Source of the DNA: Octopus sinensis
Taxonomy: Eukaryota
DNA length: 64,000 nt
Direction: 5' to 3'
Assembly (NCBI RefSeq): GCF_006345805.1
Contig: NC_042999.1
Location: 24,490,001-24,554,000, forward strand
The position numbers were made by a program, and so were the translations under genes. Below the pieces are notes generated by a model. It saw only the letters and a program-made list of their open reading frames with translations. It had not been told where the DNA came from and searched no databases. Shown here piece after piece: positions 35,267 through 47,900 of the stretch (position 1 is the first letter of the stretch; the number at the start of each line of letters is the position of its first letter).

Positions 35267-37841
35267 CATCATCATCATTATTATTTAACATCAGTTTTCC
35301 CTGCTGACATGGATTGGACAACTTGAGAGGAGCTGGAAAGGCCAGGGACCACACCAGGTTCCATAGTCTGATTTGGCTTGGTTTCTAAAGCTGTATGCCA
35401 TTCCATGTGGAGGCGCAATGGCCCAGTGGTTAGGGCAGCGGACTCGCGGTCGTAGGATCGCGGTTTCGATTCCCAGACCGGGTGTTGTGAGTGTTTATTG
35501 AGCGAAAACACCTAAAGCTCCACGAGGCTCCGGCAGGGATAGTGGTGATCCCTGCTGTACTCTTTCACCACAACTTTTTCTCACTCTTACTTCCTGTTTC
35601 TGTTGTACCTGTATTTCAAAGGGGCCCGTCGTAACCGACGGAGTGCTTCCATCCCATGCCATTCCATATATCAACCACTTTACAGAGTGTACTGGGTGCT
35701 TTTTATATAGCACCAGCACTTTTTACATGGCACCTTGGTTTTAGGATATCCTGCAGCCCAATCCTCTTCTCCCCCCACCCTGCCAAGTGTATCACTGCTA
35801 TCCTGTTGTCTCCACCCCTTCTCTGTACCTGGGTTCACAAGTCACTGTATTCGCCCACTTTCCCCACTTTTGCATTCACATAAACTCCCTATTCATGCAC
35901 CCTAGGCAATCCTCTACGATCCCATTTACATTCATATCCTTGTACTTTGAGAGTATGCTCTGGCATACTGCTACCATCTCTCTTGCTCTCTCTCTCCCTC
36001 ACACATTTTCTCTCTCTCTCTTTCTCACTCTCCCTCTGACTGGGGTAACCATATATCTCCTCTACAGAAAGATGCCTGTTTCTGTCCCTCTGCCATTACT
36101 CAAACCTCTCATCACCTGGCACAAAGCCATCTCCTTCAATACCTCATCTCTTTGTCTTGTAAGTTATTTGGTGACTGTAAAAACCATGCCAGAACAGACA
36201 ATGAAGCCTGGCATAGCCCTCTGGCTTAACAGCTCCTGTCAAACTGACACCATGGAAGATGGATATTAAATGATGATGATAATGATACATATATAAGACG
36301 GCGAGCTGTTGTAAAAATAAACAAAAGAAGTCAGTAAAAGTAAACAAAAAGTTAACATATACAAGAGATGTATTAACAGACTGAGACAAATGTAGAAATG
36401 AGATGTTGTAAACATATCAAACCCATTCCAGTATGGAAAACTGGATGTTATAAAGAAGACGATGGTAAAGAAAGCTATAACCAAAAACAAATATAATCTG
36501 CAGTTTTCAATTTAGTCGCAAGAAATTCAAGAGTTTGATTACTAACTTGGTGTGGAATGGCCATTCTGTAAGGCTTGCTCAAACATGTCATCACTAAGAG
36601 TAGCTTCATGAACCAGGAGGTGACAATTTTGACCAATTTTCAAGAGTTCTTTAGAATCACATGAATCTCCAGCAATCACTACTTTCCGACCTTTAATAGG
36701 TGGTCCAAGTACATCCTCTGGACAAATCTGCAGCAAGACATAAGAATAACCATATTTATTTAATATTGAGATAATGTCAATTGAATAATTATGCAGAAGA
36801 ACTTAAAGAAATTATCTTTATATTTTACTGTTTTATATCAGAAATATTAAATTTCTAAATCTCTCATAGAGATATGTACGGTGGTGAGGCGATAGAATGG
36901 TTGTATACTGTCAATCTAACGTGAACGTGACAGTAGGGGGTACACCACCGCTGTTTAGCCCTAGGAAGCATCGACGCCTCCTGATGGCTTTGACACATTT
37001 TTCCTGTGTCCTTATATACATTTACGAAGGGGAGACAAACACCCCCAGCAGCCAGGCCTGCATCTAGAGACACGCATGTTTCAGGATCATTGTCCTTCAT
37101 CGGTCTAGAGTAGCAGACGCCCGCCAGCTGAGAATATCTGTCCCGATTCGCAAATGTATATATCTAATTTTCAGTGAAGTTTATTCACTGATTACCAAAA
37201 TCAGAAATATTAAATTTCTAAATCTCTCATTACTTTTCTCTATGTCTATGAAAAGTTTTTCAGTAAGATAGTAATCTCTTAGCATCGGAAAGTACTTATC
37301 ATACTAGTAACTACTCAACTGTAAAACAGAAATAGAAATTGTTTTTGTTTTTTTCTTTCACTATATAGTAAGATGGAACAAGCAGAGTTATGTATTTTAT
37401 TCAATGAAATTCTAAGTCATGCCAATGTAGTCCAGCCACTGTACATCAAATATCCTACTTTATATATTCCTATATTATTGCAATTACTGTCTGAGAAGCA
37501 TTAAGGAAAGACTTCATCAGACATTTTCAAACCTGATTAAATACAAAATATATACCTTTCATATTTTACACAGGTTTATTAAGATTTTAAAAGATAAAAC
37601 CATCTCAGTATTAAGGTATCGACAAGTCATTCAGTGATGATGCTATCAAATAGTTAATAACTATTAGGCGCAGGAGTGGCTGTGTGGTAAGTAGCTTGCT
37701 TACCAACCACATAGTTCCGGGTTCAGTCCCACTGCATGGCACCTTGGGCAAGTGTCTTCTACTATAGCCTCAGGCCGACCAAAGCCTTGTGAGTGGATTT
37801 GGTAGACAGAAACTGAAGCCCGTCATATATATGTGTGTGTG

Positions 37842-37878
<37 letters not shown>

Positions 37879-40800
37879 TTGTGCGTCTGTGTTTGTCCCT
37901 CCAACATCGCTTGAAAACTGATGCTGGTGTGTTTACGTCCCCGTAGCTTAGCGGTTCGGCAAAAGAGAAACCGATAGATTAAATACTAGGCTTACAAAGA
38001 ATAAGTCCTGGGGTCGATTTGTTCGACTAAAGGCGGTGCTCCAGCATGGCCGCAGTCAAATGACTGAAACAAGTAAAAGAGTAACTGATCTGGAGCAGCT
38101 ACAGCTAATAGCTTGTATCATTGTACAATTCATAATGAAATTATAAAACTAGAGGGACTGACAGTACAGTCTTAGATGTTTTTCTCAATGTTGCAACGTC
38201 TTGTAAATGGTGAAAGGGATGTTATTTTGTTGATAGAGAGTTTTAAAACAGCCACTTAAGCCAATGAAATATTCATCAGTTATATAAAGCTTGATGGTGG
38301 CAAGCTGGCACACAGAATGATTAGCACACAGGGCAAAATACTTAGTGGCATTTTGTCTGTCTTTACATTTTGAGTTCAAATTCTGCCAAGGCTCATTTTT
38401 GCCTTTCGTCATTTCAGGGTCAATAAAATAAGTACCAGTTAAACACTAGGGTTGATGTAATCAACTTAATCCTTACCCGAACTTGCTGGCCATGTGCCAA
38501 AATTTGAAATTATTTATACAAAGTTTAAATTTTTGTATCAGCTAGATCTGAAGGAAGAGATATTGACCTTAACCTTCACAAACCTTCGAAGACTAGTGAA
38601 ATCGATGTAGTTAAGGTTCTGCTTAAATTGCTGCAAGTGAACAACTGCAAAGAAGGAATCCCAGAGAATTAATATTCTGATGAAGAGGAAATGTGTGTAA
38701 TAGGGTGGGGCTTTCGTGGTTGGACACAACATGGTGATGAGAAGAGGAAAGACAAATGAGTTGGGATGCCTGAGTGGAGGTGCCATGAGAACAGCCACTC
38801 TAAAGAGTAGAGGCCGTTATAGTAGAAGTAGAAAAGAGATGGCACATCCGTGGGCTAGAAACTGAAGTGTTTCCATAAGTGGAGTGACTTATGCCGATCA
38901 GTCTTTCTCAGGTTGCTGTCTAGAATGATTGTTGTAGCAGCATCAATCTAGAACATGGAGCATTGGTGGTGGGGGGAGCGGTGTCTTACATGAACTTAGT
39001 ACAAGGTTAGAAGTTGGGAGCTGAAGTATTTTCTGGCTCAGAAAGGAAGGGTCAGTCTTTGAGATGCAATCTTAAGATGCATGTTAAGAAATGTGCATTC
39101 ATTGGGTGAGACCATCAGTGACAGTGAAGCCTAGCATGTGGAGCAATCACACCTGTTAATGGTACCTATATATAACTAGGTGATCTGAGCTATTGAGAGG
39201 TTAGGTTTACTAGAAATATAGCACAGCATGAGTGGCAAAATGAAACAATGGCAATTAGATTTACTTGATCTAGTAATCCATAATCCTACCAATACCTATT
39301 GTTTTACTACCCACAAGGAGCTAAACACAGAGGAGATAAGCAAGGACAGACAAAGGGATTAAGTCGATTCCATCGACCCCAGTGCGTAACTGGTACTTAA
39401 TTTATTGACCCTGAAAGGATGAAAGGCAAAGTCGACCTCGGCGGAATTTGAACTCGGAACGCAGCGGCGGATGAAACACCCCTGAGCAGTTCGCCCGGCA
39501 TGCTAATGTTTCTGCCAGCTCACCGCCATATAATCCTATCAATACCATCAGATGAAGTTCTCAACTAGCATTAAAACCTGAACAAACCCAAAATAACTGT
39601 TCTGTATCTCAAGAATAAAAATGTTATAGACTCATAGATCACTGTTACTACTTATCAAAATGGTTTAAAGAATGGCCCTTAAAAATTGTTATGAGTAAAA
39701 TAACTATAAATCATATAGTTCATGTGATGAAATAAAGAAAAACTGACCACTTCCCCAGAAGGAGATGTAATTTTCATTCCAGATTTTAGTTCTTTGTATA
39801 CTGGCCCAGGAGGAATTCCTTTGTTAGATAAGAGTTGAGCATTTAATCTGGAGAATAATGTAAAAACCAAGTAGGTGTCATTAACAAGATATGCTGATTA
39901 AGATAATTTCAAATTTAATTTTAATGCTAGATGTCCAAATCTGACCATTTTAGTTAATTAATATTTCCTTATGAGTGATGAAGAAATGTAGGAAACACAA
40001 ATTTAAATATTTCTATTAATATTTTTTATTGAAAGAGGAGGGGAGGGAACTGAAACTTAAGATCCTAGTTTAATAAATGTCTTTTATATTGAGAGATTTA
40101 GACCTCATCACCATCATCATCATCATTGTTTAACATCCGCTTTCCATGCTGGCATGGGTTGGACAGTTTGACTGAGGACTGGTGAGCCAAAGGCTGCACC
40201 AAGCTCAATCTGATCTGGCAAAGTTTCTACAGCTGGATGCCCTTCCTAATGCCAACCACTTCAAGAGTGTAGTGGGTGCTTTTATGTGCCACCGGCAAGA
40301 GGGCCAGTAACATTTACATTTGTTATTGAGATGGTTTGCAAGCAATCATTGTAGAGGCAGCTTTTTTTTTCATTAGTCAATGCCAATTGTTGTGTGTGAA
40401 CTAACAGTTGCTATTGCTTTGCCTACAACTAGTCTGGACTCAAGTATCCTGTCACATAGTCTGGTTACAGCAAGTACATTAACTATTTTTCAGTTACAAG
40501 TATACCTACACCACCTGAACCAGTATTGTTCCCTACCCAAAAGACTTTGCATTGATATTTTTGTCTGTGAGGAGTTTGATTGAGGTTCCCCTCCATCTCA
40601 CCTCTTGCACACACCATACATTTACTCACTTCTACTCTAATACCTCTATAATCCCACCTTCCATTGTATCAACATGAACAGTAGTAGCCCTGAGGTGTTT
40701 CACCTGACAAAACCAAGATCTCCTGTGAAGGAAGTGCGGATGCTAGAGATCTCTTTCCTGCATCTGAAAGGGAATGGGCAATCTCTTGATGATAGTCCAA

Positions 40801-41929
40801 GGTTTCTCACATGGCTAGGTATACTCTACCCCACAGTATACTGTCAGTATTCCTGACCACTGATACTGTTATATATAATAAAGAAACAAACTACAAAAGA
40901 CAAATCTACCTGCTCACCATCTGAAGATCTTTCCAGATGTCATAGCCTCAATACATATTTGTGTATCATCAGCCACAGCAAACAAGAGTTCCATCCTGGA
41001 ATGTATTTTCATAGGTGGACCTTCTAACCAGCAAAACTATCCCTTTTATAAGTGAAATAGTAGATGCTCCAGTTTGGTCTCATGTAGACTTCACTACCTC
41101 TATGCAACCTTACTAGACAGTGTAAATAACATAGCATTTAAATTATCTCATTAACTATGCCTATGAATATCTTAGTTAAGAAATGAGCCACTTGACAACG
41201 TCATAATACTTACTTGCCAGGCAATGGCTTCTCTTCTATAACAAAAGCAAAAGATGGAATTCTATGTTTCAGAGAAACTGCTTTAACAAAAGTCGTTTCA
41301 TTTTCAAAGCTGAAAAAAAAAAGGATATAATACAATCTTAAGAGTTTATTCAGGTTTGAACACTTTCAGAACTGTCTTACTCATGGCATATGGCTGGCAT
41401 ACAAGTAGCAGGGAACTTACAAAGTGACTAAAGGAAAATAACTCAGGGTAGGATTTCGCATATGTAATAATAGTGAGTTGAAAAATTTTAAGCCAGACAA
41501 TTAGTAGACAAAAACTCCTACAAAGAGTGTTTAAAAAGTTAAAAAAACGAGCAAGGGAGATAATTCCAAAAAGCTCAATTCCAAGATCGATTAAACAAAA
41601 CTTTTGGACAATGTAGACTATGTAGGTTGGATGAGATCTAGTCTTTAATGCCAACTGTTGGAAGCAACAGATATGTACCGATCTAATCAAACCTCTTCTG
41701 AAAAATCTATTCAATTACTCTTTTACTCTTTTACTTGACTGTGGCCATGCTGGAGCACCACCTTTTAGTCAAGCAAATCGACCCCAGGACTTATTCTTTG
41801 TAAGCCTTAGTACTCATTCTATCGGTCTCTTTTGCCGAACCGATAAGTTACAGGGACGTAAACACACCAGCATCGGTTGTCAAGCGATGTTGGGGGGGGG
41901 CAAACACAGACACACAAACACACACACAA

Positions 41930-41960
<31 letters not shown>

Positions 41961-44900
41961 CATCACTATATGTGTTTACGTCCCTGTCACTTAGCAGTTC
42001 GGCAAAAAGAGACCGATAGAATAAGTACTGGGCTTACAAAGAATAAGTCCCAGGGTCGAGTTGCTCGATTTAAGGTGGTGCTCCAGCATGGCTGCAGTCA
42101 AATGACTGAAACAAGTAAAAGAGTAAAAGAGTATATACACATACACACATGAGCTACAGATGTTTAGCTGGAGGCATTGCTGCAAATTTATATACAAGAC
42201 TATTGTTGTCATATCGGTTATGTAGTGTGTGTTGTGCCACAGAAAATAACCAAATCATACGGTGTTGGATTGCACAAGAAAAACAACAATAACATGGCAG
42301 CATCTCACATTCCCAAAATGCAGTGGCACTCAGAAGACAATACAGCCGAAGCCCTGCAAATGTTCAAACAAAGCATCATGTACTATTGTGAAGAGGAGGA
42401 AATTACAAAACCCCGGAAAATAGCCTTGAAAATATTAAGAGGCATTGGAAATGAAGGATTCAAATGTCTGAATGCATCTAGCTTATCAAAGGCTGACAAG
42501 AAAAACCCAATAAACTGTGGGAATTGTTCAAAGCACAAGTCAAGACAAACCTCAGTTTCAGAGTACATCACCTTAAACTGATAGCATGTAGCCAGCAACA
42601 AAGCGGCGAGCTGGCAGAAACATTAGCACGCCGGGCGAAATGCTTAGCAGTATTTCGTCTGCGTTACGTTGTGAGTTCGAATTCCACCGAGGTCGACTTT
42701 GCCTTTCATCCTTTCGGGGGTCGATAAATTAAGTACCAGTTATGCACTGGGGTTGATGTAATCGACTTAATACCTATATCTGTCCTTGTTTGTCCCCTCT
42801 GTGTTTAGCCCCTTGTGGGTAATAAAGAAATAAGTATGTAGCCAACAACATGATAGAAACAATTACCTGTGGGTGGCCAGACAACATCAAATAAGTTCCA
42901 GATGATATAAGGACATACTGGTCTTTTCGAGATGAACTGGCTTAGAAGATGGAATTATCTTAAAGGGACACAAGTGTTGATACATCCTCCTATACAACAT
43001 GACATTCTAGTACAGCTCCATGCCTTTCATCAAGGGATAGAAAAGAACAAACTTCACGCTCATGAACGCATCTATTGGACAAACATTGACAAAGACAGCG
43101 AAGAAGTGTGCAGATCTTGTCAAATATGCTAGAAATTTGCAGCTGCCAATAACAAAGAGCCACTGATACCTCACAACATTCTCAGTGCACTATGGAAAAA
43201 ACTGGGAGCAGATCTATTTGAAATCAATGGCAAAACTTATCTGTTCATTTGTGACTAATTCACCAAATTTCTGACTGTGACTTATCTCAGTCAGACTACA
43301 AACAAAGCAGTCACAGAGAAATTCTAAGAGACAGTATCCCACTTCAGCAAACCTGATGAAATTTTCAGCAACAACAGTCCTCAGGTTTGTGTTCTGTACT
43401 GTTTCTTGTTTATTGGTGCGGACGACATATGCTGGCAAGCATGTTCGCTGTGTTTTTTTTCTTTCGGGGTCACCAATTGTAACAGGATGAGAGTTCAGGA
43501 ACACTGGAGGGGTGTCCGATCTGATCTTGTCACATACAAGTTGAAGAAACGGAACCAAAGTCAGGCTGTCTTCAATAACAAAAATAGTAGTTTATTCTGC
43601 AGTTCACAGGTAAAACATATCCATATGTATTTCTTGTGGGGAAACCGGCAGCCAAGTCCACAGGACTGTTTACAATGTTCACTCATGTGAGCCAAGAAGA
43701 TACGGTGTTCGCTGAGAGAAGTCGAGTCACGTCCGATCGCTAGCGCTGCTCTGCCAGAAAGACCGATTCAGTGGTCATGTTTTCAGGTTGCAGTTCCTGC
43801 ACATGCGCATGAGGAAACTTCGGTGGCCAACCAGAAGTAATCCAATTCTGCGCATGTGTGCTGAAATTTACACAGTAGCGTTACTACATACTGGAAAACC
43901 ATTTCAACAATTCACACAGAAATGGAAAATTTAAAACACTACATCGTCACCAAGGTACCCCCACTCAACCAGGTTCATAGAGAAACAAGTACAGACAATC
44001 AAAAAGACAATCCAAAAATGTGAACAAAGCAAAGAAGATGTACACAATGCATTGTTGAATCTAAGAGCCACACCATTAAACTCAAAGATGCCGTCACCCA
44101 CTGAGATCCTATTGAGCAGGCCAATCACAACACTTATGGGATTACACTGGAGCTACTCTCATGAAACTCAAAAACAGAGAAAACTTCTTGAAGAGAAGAA
44201 AATACAAATGAAAACTGCATATGACCAGCATGCAAAGATGGAATTACCTCCATTGCACAAAGGACAAGCTGAAAAAGTTCTAGACAAAAACAACAAATGT
44301 TGGATACCTGGAGAAGTAGCAACAGAATGTAAAGGATGGAGTTCTTACATTGTGAAAACAATACATGGAGATTTGCGAAGAAACAGAAGGGAACTGAAAG
44401 ATACTGACACAGGCATCGACAGACAGTATGAACAGACCATTCAGGTGGAAATGCACGTCAGATTGCCCAACAATATAGAGACAGACAACCATCCAACAGA
44501 CCCTACAAACTCCATGGAACAGGTTACAGACCTTACAAACTCCATGGAACATGTTACTCAACTTGACTGAAGGAAAAAAATCACAAATTCTCCTCCTGAT
44601 GACAATGCAGAAACACAAAATAACAGCCAGAAGTATGAAAAGTGCTCAACACCCAAAAGAACCACAAGTGAAGTGCCCAGTGACAGTGTTAAAAAGTTAT
44701 TTGGACAAGATTCCACACAGCTTCCACCAACAAGATTTCCCTCAAAAGCTGAGGCTAAGGTAGAAAACACTTAGCCAGAGATCCATACAATGTGATGAAC
44801 CTGATACCACATAGTGGTGAGGTGATCTCAGCCATAATCTACTCAATCAAAGTTGATCTAGAGTTAAACAATAACAAAATATAATAAATGTTTAAACTTA

Positions 44901-47900
44901 CAGACTCCATATTTGGTTGCTATCGGGATAGATGAGACTCTTAGGGTTCTCATTTGGATGAGATTTTTCTGACAGTGAAGAATGGTCCACAACCCAGTCC
45001 TGACAGGAAAGAACTATTATAAGTGAAAAACAAACAATACAGCAAAGAAAATATTCTGCTCACAACTCTCACTCTCAAAATATCACAGCATTTAATTTTC
45101 TTTTCTGATAGTGTCTTTATAACCATTAAGGTCTAAGGTGAAAACCTTATCTATGCAAGAAAGCACATGAGAGGGTCCTGCATACGGTGCTGTTAAAGGA
45201 TGTTTGACGGCATCATTGTGGACAAAAACATGAGTCCAGGAAGAATAGTCATCAAGTAAATGTGTTTTAATGTCTTGTTTCCTGCTGTTCATACGTGGTA
45301 ACTTTGACATATAATCATGCAAACATTCAATGAAACTTGTAGTGTCAATATCTTGTGTGTGCAGGAACAATTATCTGACCAGGCAGCGTCAAGGAAGAAG
45401 CATTAAGTAATTCTGCAGGACAATATCCAATATCTTCTTTGATAGAAGAGTGTAGACCCAAGAGAACAATAGGACGAAATTCAATCCATCAAGATGCATC
45501 ACCAGAAGCCCACATCACAGCTATAAGCTGTCAGTGAAATATTTTGGATGGCAGAGTGAGAGTGTAGCGTAGGAGTGGTGAATGCTAGAGATGCATGTGT
45601 CATGGAGAGAGACACATGGGGTGGCCAAAGCATCATGGATTGGGGTGCTATAGGCCTGAATCAGAGATTTGAGCCCCATGTGTTCCAAAATGTTGGTGCA
45701 GGCAGATGGAATGGCATCACAGCGCAGCACTACATTAACCAGATCCGAAGACCTCACATCATGCCTTTCTTCACGTGTCACCTTGACGTGTTCCAGCAGG
45801 ACAATGCTCCCTCCTACACCATGGACTTCCTGCGTCAGCACAACATCAGAACCATGTTATGGCTGGCTCTCAGCCTGGATTTGAACCCAATTGAACAACT
45901 GTGGGATGAAATCCAGTGATAGCTGAACCAAGTGGTCCCAAGGCAGACAACTCGTGTGGAATTGGAGGCAGGGTTTCCTCAGGGTGTGGGCACAAGTGCC
46001 AATGGCTTTTGTGAACTGCCTCATGTATGGCCATTTTGAAAACCCAGGAAGGGCATACATAGTATTGAACACATCATGCCCTACAATCTCGATGTGCTGG
46101 ATCTGCCCACTACCAGAACACATGACAACAACCCATAGACTGTGGTCAAAGTGCATCCAAGAAATTGACTTTATCAGATCATTCAAAATTTATCTCTGAC
46201 ATCATCGTTTAGCGTCCGCTTTCCATGCTAGCATGGATTGGACGGTTCAGCTGGGGTCTGGGAAGCCAGAAGGCTGCACCAGGCCCAGTCTGATCTGGCA
46301 GTGTTTCAACGGCTGGATGCCCTTCCTAGCGCCAATGACATAATGAAATTAAAACATATTTCAGTCACACATGACTCGCATTTCCTTTGTGGTTCAGTGT
46401 ACATGAGTTGATCATTCCGTAAAAACCTTCAACTGGTTCTGTATGGACATGTGATGTTACCCAGCTAACCTCCTAAATGCTCTGTGAGGTCATGATGGAT
46501 GGTATGATCAAGTTGAGCAAAACTAAACAAGCTCAACCAGATGTATGTGTGTGGTGGGGAGGTAGTATATCTATTTAGATAAGTAGACAAACTCAGTACA
46601 CAACTAGTTGCACATGCAGTCATTGACATTAACACACATTTCATACTATAATAAATTAACTAAAGATTTTTACCTTCAAGTCTTCAGCTAACTGGTTTTC
46701 AAGTACTTTAAGCTCACATACAGTAAAGTTGAACTCTAACAAAGACCGAGACAGATTTAGGCAAGTTCGAATGTATTTACACAAGCCCTCAGGTCCATAG
46801 ATTTCAACAGGTGCTTTACGGGCATTATTCATACTAATGGTACATAGCAGGCCTGGAAGTCCAAACAGCTGAAAATTAATAAAATGTTATATACTCATTA
46901 CAATACAATTTTGGTTTCTAACATAGACATAAGGCCACAAACATTTTAGGGAAAGGTATAGTCAATTATACAGACCCTGTATATGGCTGGAAGATTATTC
47001 TATCAACAGCAGGAGAATGAAAACCAAAGTTAAATTCAGAAGGATTTGAACTCAGAATGTAAAGGTAAATAACTAAATATTTCAAAGTATTTTGACAAGA
47101 GCACTATGGATTCTGCCTGCCACAGCCTCCTACCAAACTCTGCTTCTACCAAACCACCATCCTTAAAATATGATTATCAATGTTGTTTATTTTTAGAAAT
47201 CAGTTACCACATGTCTCATAAATAAGCTGCAATTTTTTTACTCAAAAGAAGCCACAGAAAGTCACTTGCAACTTATCTACCAAACCCTGATCTACATTTG
47301 AAATTAACAGCAAACAGTTGCACAAGCATGCATGTACATACACACATCGTTGTTACTTGGTTCCCATTGAGTACTGATCAACCATTTTGATATCAAAATG
47401 ACTAAGACTACCCCTGGTTCTATGATACAACTTCCCTGTTTTAAATTGACCTAAATTAAAATTTTAGGATCTTTTTGGTTTGAACGGCAGTTTTTTCTAG
47501 CGGTGTCATATGAAATTGTCACCCATAATTATGACCCTAGTATCGATCTATTGCATTTCAATCTATTTTAGGGTTAGGGTTAGTTAGGGTTAGAGTTAGG
47601 GGTGGGGGAAGGGTATCTTTTTTTCTTCACAAATGTAAATAAACCCAATCTGTTTCTTAAACGAAGGACCTATTCATACGGCACAGAATGTTTTCACCTC
47701 AATAGACGGTCATTGATTGGTCGAAATTGCAGAAATTGAAGAAAAAAAAAACAACAAATATCTTACAAATTATAGAATTTTCTCAATAAAGCCAAGAGAA
47801 AAAGATGTTTTATAAACACATTCTACCAGTATACGAAGTTTAAAATTTTTTAGTTACCGAGAAATTATGTTAAAAACTGCCATTCAAACCGAAAAGATCC

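Larger units (their letters stand above)
42290..44570 (+). mobile_element. Ty3/Gypsy relic: gag N-terminus joined to integrase, with nested insertions
   Basis: [11 protein letters not shown]...FKQ; GWP..IK...YW..RDEL..EDGII; H..HQGIEK...YW...C..C; GADLF; SSPRYPHS; LLNLRATP; many stops. Confidence 0.8.

Noticed and set aside
47568-47602. True telomere or chromosome-fusion scar
   Set aside because: Only a few degenerate units, always inside MITE copies.
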